A DNA stretch of 64,000 bases, taken from positions 15,695 through 79,694 of the forward strand of contig JAFUFJ010000002.1 of NCBI GenBank assembly GCA_017469955.1, read 5' to 3'. Positions within the stretch are counted from its first letter, which is position 1, and the number at the start of each line of letters is the position of its first letter. Positions 58,583 to 64,000 of the stretch are shown here, in pieces. The position numbers and the translations under genes were made by a program. The stretch comes from Prevotella sp. (lineage in GTDB: Bacteria; Bacteroidota; Bacteroidia; Bacteroidales; Bacteroidaceae). The notes below the pieces were generated by a model. That model saw nothing but the letters and a program-made list of their open reading frames with translations, searched no databases and had not been told where the DNA came from.

Positions 58583-58689
58583 GAGAAAGCTATCCTTTTA
58601 GCCCGAGAAGTCTTAGGATTCAAGGCAATAACTCATAGCTTTCTTGCCAATAACTCTAAGACTTCTCGGGCTAAAAGGATAGCTTTCTC
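58583..58689. repeat. 107-bp five-unit 22-bp-period palindromic element (copy 6)
   Basis: Units at 58583, 58605, 58627, 58649, 58671; perfect 34-bp terminal inverted repeat. Confidence 0.95.
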
Positions 58690-58708
58690 GGCGAGGAGGC
58701 GCAGGCAT

Positions 58709-59260
58709 CTATTTCTCTTCGCTGCCGAAGTAGGCCGAGACATATTCGTAGACCTCTCCGATGTTCATGCCTGCAGCAATCACCTTTCCCTGCTGATCGA
58801 CCAGAATAGTATAGGGAATATGGTCTATGTTGTATAGGTGGACATAGGTGTTGTCCCATCCTTGCAGCTCAGAAAGCTGCATCCAGGGCAGCTCCATCTC
58901 GTCGATTGCCTGCTTCCAGGCATGCTCGTCTTCGTCGAGAGAGATGCCGATGATGCCCAGCCCTTGTGGCTGATATTGCTCATAGAGCTGCTTGACGTAG
59001 GGCATCACCCTGCGGCACGGACCGCACCATGATGCCCAAAAATCGATGACTGTGAGCTTGTGCTTGCCGATTTCCTCCAGTGGCGAGACATAGATGCGTT
59101 CGATATTAGGGATTTCAATCGTGCCGAAGACATCGGCTTCCTGCATGGCGGTCGCTTCGTCTGCTGGTGTCAAAGGCTGGTCAGCAGCCTTGGGCTTACA
59201 GCCGAAGATGACGAAGGTTGCCAGGACTGCGGGCAAAAGACTTCTGAGAGACTGCTTCAT
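58709..59260 (-). CDS. TlpA/ResA-like thiol-disulfide oxidoreductase lipoprotein
   Basis: DFWASWCGPCR, IGISLD, lipobox IFGC. Confidence 0.9.
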   Translation of the reverse strand: MKQSLRSLLPAVLATFVIFGCKPKAADQPLTPADEATAMQEADVFGTIEIPNIERIYVSPLEEIGKHKLTVIDFWASWCGPCRRVMPYVKQLYEQYQPQGLGIIGISLDEDEHAWKQAIDEMELPWMQLSELQGWDNTYVHLYNIDHIPYTILVDQQGKVIAAGMNIGEVYEYVSAYFGSEEK

Positions 59261-59274
59261 GACTGGCATACTGC

Positions 59275-60216
59275 TTATATCAGGTATTGTGATGATATGC
59301 TCTGGTTGGTGATGACCCGGCGGATGGTCTCGGCAAACATGTCGGCACATGTCAGTTGCTTGACCTTTGCGCAGCGATTAGTATAGGGAATTGAGTCGGT
59401 GAAGACGATTTCTTCAAGAGCCGAATCCTGCACACGCTCTGTCGCAGGTCCGCTCATTACGCAGTGCGAAGCACAGGCTCTTACGCTTAAGGCGCCCGCT
59501 TCCTTCATGATGTCGGCAGCCTTGGTGATGGTTCCCGCGGTGTCAACCATGTCGTCGACGATGACAACGTTCTTGCCTTTCACATCACCGATAATCTGCA
59601 TCGTGGCCACAACATTGGCGCGTGCGCGGGTCTTGTTGCAGAGCACCAGCGGGCATCCCAGATATTTCGCATAGGAGTTGGCTCGTTTTGAACCGCCGAC
59701 GTCGGGCGAAGCAATGGCCAGATTCTCTATCTTCAGGCTTTGCAGATAGGGCAGAATGATGCCGGAAGCATAGAGGTGGTCTACCGGAACATTGAAGAAT
59801 CCCTGAATCTGGTCGGCATGAAGGTCCATCGTGATGACCCTGTTGATGCCCGCTGCACTGAGCAGATCGGCAACAAGCTTGGCACCAATGCTCACACGTG
59901 GCTTGTCTTTTCGGTCTTGGCGTGCCCATCCGAAGTAGGGGATGACGGCAATGATCTGGCGTGCGGAAGCCCGTTTGGCAGCATCAATCATCAGGAGAAG
60001 TTCCATCAGGTTGTCGCTGTTGGGAAAGGTACTTTGCACGAGAAAGACGTCTCGGCCTCGAATAGATTCTTCGTAAGATACCGAGAACTCACCGTCGGAA
60101 AACTTTGTTACTACAAGATTGCCTAAAGGACAACCAAGGCTGGCGCAGATTTTTTCTGCCAAATACCTCGTATTAGTACCAGAAAAAACCAGGAAAGAAG
60201 AGTTGAGCTCGCTCAT
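59275..60216 (-). CDS. prs: ribose-phosphate pyrophosphokinase
   Basis: FSDGE, PYFGWARQDRK, DLHADQIQGFF, SPDVGG, VDDMVDTAGT. Confidence 0.98.
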   Translation of the reverse strand: MSELNSSFLVFSGTNTRYLAEKICASLGCPLGNLVVTKFSDGEFSVSYEESIRGRDVFLVQSTFPNSDNLMELLLMIDAAKRASARQIIAVIPYFGWARQDRKDKPRVSIGAKLVADLLSAAGINRVITMDLHADQIQGFFNVPVDHLYASGIILPYLQSLKIENLAIASPDVGGSKRANSYAKYLGCPLVLCNKTRARANVVATMQIIGDVKGKNVVIVDDMVDTAGTITKAADIMKEAGALSVRACASHCVMSGPATERVQDSALEEIVFTDSIPYTNRCAKVKQLTCADMFAETIRRVITNQSISSQYLI

Positions 60217-60249
60217 TGTTGTTGAATTTAATATGGTGAATAGGGTTGC

Positions 60250-60858
60250 TTATTCAATAGCCTTGCGCAGTCGGCCGAAGTGGACAATCAGTTCTTTATA
60301 GTCGAACTGTTGATGAATGTCAAAATGATTCCAAAGGTCTCCACAGATGACAACACCTCCGAATCCCAGATCCTTGGCAATTTTTATATTGTCAATGGTC
60401 ATGCCTCCCATCGCATATACATGCTTGTCAATCATGCCTTTCTTGGCAGCTGATTCGAGCAAAGGTAAGGTAAATGACGACTTTTCTTCAGGATACTCTA
60501 TGCTGTTGAAGATGTTGTGCAGGAATACATATTTGGAATTCTTCTTAGCTGCCTTAAGAAGGTCTAACTGATTGCATGATCGGGTAACGCGGCCTCGGTA
60601 GCCTGATGGAGCATCAAGGGTAGGGAGGTCCAGATGAATGCCTGCCAGGTCAAACTCATTTTTGAGGTAGAAATGCTCGTGAACGGTGATGAAATGATGA
60701 ACGCTTTCTGGCAAAAGAGTGAGTAAGCGTTCGGCATAAAGTGGCGATGATGCAGGCTTTAAAAGATGCAGATTCTCAAGACCCTCGTCAAAAAGCGAGG
60801 CCAATATCTTGTCTTCTTCCACGAAAAACGTGGATTTTGTCATAACGACGAGTTTCAT
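60250..60858 (-). CDS. thiamine-phosphate synthase/TenI-like TIM-barrel protein
   Basis: LHLLKP, GIHL, TRSCN, IFNSI, YAMGGM, GFGGVV. Confidence 0.7.
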   Translation of the reverse strand: MKLVVMTKSTFFVEEDKILASLFDEGLENLHLLKPASSPLYAERLLTLLPESVHHFITVHEHFYLKNEFDLAGIHLDLPTLDAPSGYRGRVTRSCNQLDLLKAAKKNSKYVFLHNIFNSIEYPEEKSSFTLPLLESAAKKGMIDKHVYAMGGMTIDNIKIAKDLGFGGVVICGDLWNHFDIHQQFDYKELIVHFGRLRKAIE

Positions 60859-60962
60859 CTGAACGTGTCTTCTAATACGTTGCAAAATTATGAATTTTCT
60901 CTTAAACATGCAATTATATCGGAAATAAAAAACTATCTTTGCATAAAAATTTGACATATCAC

Positions 60963-62129
60963 ATGAAAATGAAAATCGATTTTTCGTCATTTGAGGGCCT
61001 GTCGCAGCCGATGTACGTGGTGGAAGAAAGTCGCTTGAGGGCTAATCTCTCCTTGATTAGCGAAGTTGCCAGACTGGCAGACATGGAAGTTATCCTCGCC
61101 TTCAAGGCCTTTGCCCTGTGGAAGACCTTTCCTATTTTCCGGGAATATATCAGGGCTACGACCGCAAGCTCGCTTTCAGAAGCACGTCTGGCCCATGAAC
61201 TGTTTGGGGAAAAGGCACACACTTATTCGCCGGCATATACCGAAAACGACATAGACGAGATAGCCCGATGCTCCAGCCACCTGACCTTTAACTCCCTGTC
61301 TCAGTATGCACGCTTCCACCAACGTGCGACAGAAGTCAACGAGAATATTTCGATTGGCTTGCGGGTGAACCCAGAATACTCAGAGGTAGAGACGATGCTT
61401 TATAACCCGTGTGCACGCGGAACTCGATTTGGAGTGACGGCAGACAGACTTCCGAAACAATTGCCTGTGGATATAAAAGGGTTTCACTGTCATTGTCATT
61501 GTGAGAGCGGTCCCGACGTGTTTGAGCGCACTCTCGCCCATATAGAGGCACGGTTTTCGCCGTGGTTCGGCCAACTTGAGTGGATCAACTTTGGTGGTGG
61601 GCACCTGATGACACGCAAGGATTATGATACGTCACACCTTATTAATATTATACAAGGATTTCATCGGCGCTATCCGTGGCTGCATGTCATCATGGAACCA
61701 GGCAGCGCTTTCGCATGGCAGACGGGTCCTTTAGTGGCTCATGTGGTAGACATCGTTGAGGACAAAGGCATCAGGACGGCCGTCCTCGACGTGAGTTTCA
61801 CCTGCCACATGCCAGATTGTCTGGAGATGCCTTATATGCCTGAGGTCAGGGGAGCTAAGGTCGTCAGTCCTGATATGGAAGGAAGTCATGTGTATCGGCT
61901 TGGTGGAAACAGCTGCTTGAGCGGTGACTATATGTCGTCATGGCAGTTCGACCATGAGTTGTCGGTAGGGGAGACAGTTGTCTTTGAGGACATGATTCAC
62001 TATACAACCGTCAAGACTACCATGTTCAACGGCATCAGCCATCCGGCAATTGCATTGGCAGGTGCAGATGGGACACTGAAGATTTTGCGCGAATTTGGAT
62101 ACGACGACTATAAGAATCGTATGGACTGA
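60963..62129 (+). CDS. nspC: carboxynorspermidine decarboxylase
   Basis: LAFKAF, HTYSPAY, LRVNPE, YNPC, NFGGGH, EPG, HMPDCLEMPY, SCLSGD. Confidence 0.94.
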   Translation: MKMKIDFSSFEGLSQPMYVVEESRLRANLSLISEVARLADMEVILAFKAFALWKTFPIFREYIRATTASSLSEARLAHELFGEKAHTYSPAYTENDIDEIARCSSHLTFNSLSQYARFHQRATEVNENISIGLRVNPEYSEVETMLYNPCARGTRFGVTADRLPKQLPVDIKGFHCHCHCESGPDVFERTLAHIEARFSPWFGQLEWINFGGGHLMTRKDYDTSHLINIIQGFHRRYPWLHVIMEPGSAFAWQTGPLVAHVVDIVEDKGIRTAVLDVSFTCHMPDCLEMPYMPEVRGAKVVSPDMEGSHVYRLGGNSCLSGDYMSSWQFDHELSVGETVVFEDMIHYTTVKTTMFNGISHPAIALAGADGTLKILREFGYDDYKNRMD

Positions 62130-62188
62130 CTGAAGGTTACGTGCCGTTTGCTATCCTTATTCTTAATGCAAAGAGCCTTAAGTTGCAG

Positions 62189-62219
62189 AAGACTTCCAAA
62201 TGAAACGGAAGTCTTTTTG
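62189..62219 (+). terminator. intrinsic terminator after nspC
   Basis: AAGACTTCC...GGAAGTCTT followed by a T-run. Confidence 0.7.
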
Positions 62220-62295
62220 TTTTAATTACTACCACTTCATGAAATTTTTCCACACCCATAATGAGAAAACTGCTAAATTTTCATTACCTTTGCAC

Positions 62296-62465
62296 TTGTC
62301 AAAATGACAAGGCTGTGCCTCGAACCTGTTAAAATCGCCAAATCAAACAAGGTAATACATGAGACACGGAAACTGCCCCATATTGCGTGGGCTGTTCTTC
62401 TGTGTATATGTATTAAGGTGTTTGGCGATACCTACGGGTTTTACATAGGGGCGGTCCACGTTCTT
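62296..62465 (+). ncRNA. putative structured cis-regulatory leader RNA
   Basis: Follows the TACCTTTG promoter box (62285-62292); nested stems ACCTGT/ACGGGT, ATCGCCAAA/TTTGGCGAT, AATACAT/ATGTATT, GCCC/GGGC. Confidence 0.55.
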
Positions 62466-62495
62466 TTATTCTAAAACCCGTTTAATATCGCCATA

Positions 62496-63152
62496 ATGAA
62501 ACGTAAAATCTATGCACTCGGAATCGGGCACAATTCGCCAGTATTCATTGATTTGGCTCTTGCATGTGGATATGAGATAGCAGGACTCTGGCACTATAAT
62601 GACTTGCGCACAAATGATTCAGACCATGGCTATAAAATCCTGGGCTCTTTCGATGACTTGTTTAATTCGGGGAGGGCTGAAGGCTGTAATTTCCTGTTGA
62701 CGATGGGGGATAGCGCCATTAGGGATTCGCTATGCAACAGGATCATAGCGAATGGCGGACACGTACCGACGCTCATCCATCCTACAGCAACAATATCTAA
62801 GTTCGCTACGGTTTCAGATATCGGGGTATATATTTCACCCTATGCTTTTCTGCAAGCTGATTCGCAGGTCGGTTCAAATTCGGTTTTACTGTCACATGTC
62901 AACGTTTCTCATACCACAAAGATTGGAAAAAGCTGTTTCTTGGCAGGTGGGTCAACCATCGGCGCTTATACCACAGTTGAGGATTTTTGTTTCATCGGAC
63001 AAGGAGCACTGAGCATTTCAGGAAAAGTCAGTGTTATAGGACATCATGCATATATAGGTGCAAGAGCCTTGTTGACTCGCAGTGTCCCCGCCTATGCAAT
63101 AATGGCTGGAAGCCCAGCAAGGCAAATTGGAGTAACGAATGGTGAAAGATAG
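62496..63152 (+). CDS. NeuD/PglD-like hexapeptide-repeat acetyltransferase
   Basis: N-terminal Rossmann-like IYALGIG, TLIHPTA, VSHTTKIG hexapeptide repeats, GSPAR. Confidence 0.88.
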   Translation: MKRKIYALGIGHNSPVFIDLALACGYEIAGLWHYNDLRTNDSDHGYKILGSFDDLFNSGRAEGCNFLLTMGDSAIRDSLCNRIIANGGHVPTLIHPTATISKFATVSDIGVYISPYAFLQADSQVGSNSVLLSHVNVSHTTKIGKSCFLAGGSTIGAYTTVEDFCFIGQGALSISGKVSVIGHHAYIGARALLTRSVPAYAIMAGSPARQIGVTNGER

Positions 63153-63324
63153 GATAGAAGTGTCTCCCGCAATGGAAATCAATATAGGGTAGGAATCATT
63201 CTTGTTTGCCAAGGTAGAATATTTTTTTGAAAAAAACATTGTAAAAATTTGCGAGTTCAAAAAAAAGACATTACCTTTGCAACCGCATTTAGAGAAATGC
63301 ACTTGCTTGCTGCAAGTTGATAAG

Positions 63325-63397
63325 GCGGAAATAGCTCAGTTGGTAGAGCACAACCTTGCCAAGGTTGGGGTCGCGGGTCCGAGTCCCGTTTTCCGCT
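63325..63397 (+). tRNA. tRNA-Gly(GCC)
   Basis: Anticodon arm AACCT-TGCCA-AGGTT; acceptor GCGGAAA/TTTCCGC; T-loop reads TCCGAGT. Confidence 0.95.
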
Positions 63398-63443
63398 CAA
63401 CATTCTGAATAAAATCCAATTCGAAGCAAGTCGCTTCGTTAAG

Positions 63444-63525
63444 GCCCAGGTGGCGGAATTGGTAGACGCGCACGTTTCAGGTGCGTGTGCCGCGAGGCGT
63501 GCAGGTTCGAGTCCTGTTCTGGGCA
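63444..63525 (+). tRNA. tRNA-Leu(CAG)
   Basis: GGCGGAATTGGTAGACGC, anticodon arm CACGT-TTCAGGT-GCGTG, long variable arm. Confidence 0.95.
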
Positions 63526-63557
63526 CGTCAGTTTTTTATTCAGAATACTTTTATGTA

Positions 63558-63641
63558 GGAGAGGTGGCGGAATTGGTAGACGCGCTACTTTGAGGGGGTA
63601 GTGTCACTTGCGACGTGGGAGTTCGAGTCTCCTCCTCTTCA
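63558..63641 (+). tRNA. tRNA-Leu(GAG)
   Basis: Anticodon arm CTACT-TTGAGGG-GGTAG, long variable arm, GTTCGAGT. Confidence 0.95.
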
Positions 63642-63663
63642 CATAAGAGGTTTGAAGTTTTCG

Positions 63664-63736
63664 GCGGAAATAGCTCAGTTGGTAGAGCACAACCTTGCCA
63701 AGGTTGGGGTCGCGGGTCCGAGTCCCGTTTTCCGCT
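63664..63736 (+). tRNA. tRNA-Gly(GCC), second identical copy
   Basis: Identical to 63325-63397. Confidence 0.95.
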
Positions 63737-63769
63737 CTTTTTGTTATCGAGAAACATAGCATTTTTTCA

Positions 63770-64000
63770 ATGAATTTATATTTGCGATATTTTGATAAGG
63801 AGACATTAGTATATAATGTTGACGATGCGATTGCATTCCTTCGATCGATAGAAGACATCGAGATGGATGACGAGCTTGAGGCAGATGTGCGCAACTATGT
63901 GGCAAGCGACGTGTTCTATCCAAAGCGTTATAAGGTTCGTCCACGGGTGTACTTTATTATTATAAAAACGACCGCAGAAACTATGCTTGATTTTAAGCAA
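63770..64000 (+). CDS. hypothetical protein, 5' part (runs off the window)
   Basis: Open frame MNLYLRYFDKETLVYNVDDAIAFLRSIEDIEMDDELEADVRNYVASDVFYPKRYKVRPRVYFIIIKTTAETMLDFKQ after an AT-rich leader. Confidence 0.75.
   Translation, partial: MNLYLRYFDKETLVYNVDDAIAFLRSIEDIEMDDELEADVRNYVASDVFYPKRYKVRPRVYFIIIKTTAETMLDFKQ

Overview
64 kb of mostly core chromosome from a Bacteroidales bacterium, most likely Prevotella-like. The basis is gene content and order, plus TTTG-N19-21-TAnnTTTG sigma-A promoters. It holds about 45 housekeeping or envelope CDSs (nfnAB-type fusion, GH106, serS, rplU-rpmA, sdaA, serB, lolA-ftsK, tilS, kdsB, glgB, ruvC, rsmG, cdd, ABC-F, pepO, ptb-buk, nth, comEC, secA, lptC, PPIase, metA, U32, a TonB receptor, prs, nspC) and six tRNAs. 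I found no transposase, integrase, phage or CRISPR-Cas gene. The unusual signal is intergenic. (1) Six clear copies and one diverged copy of a 107-bp element, each built from exactly five 19-bp near-palindromes (GAGAAAG-N5-CTTTCTC type) at a strict 22-bp period. A further degenerate array and an array of unrelated sequence (CATACAT-N5-ATGTATG) share the same geometry. (2) A two-unit, ~88-bp-period element that carries a complete Bacteroidetes promoter and lies in inverted copies directly upstream of serS and sdaA. (3) A long structured, possibly switchable leader in front of an orphan acetyltransferase. All product calls come from recognising motifs by eye; no database searches were run.
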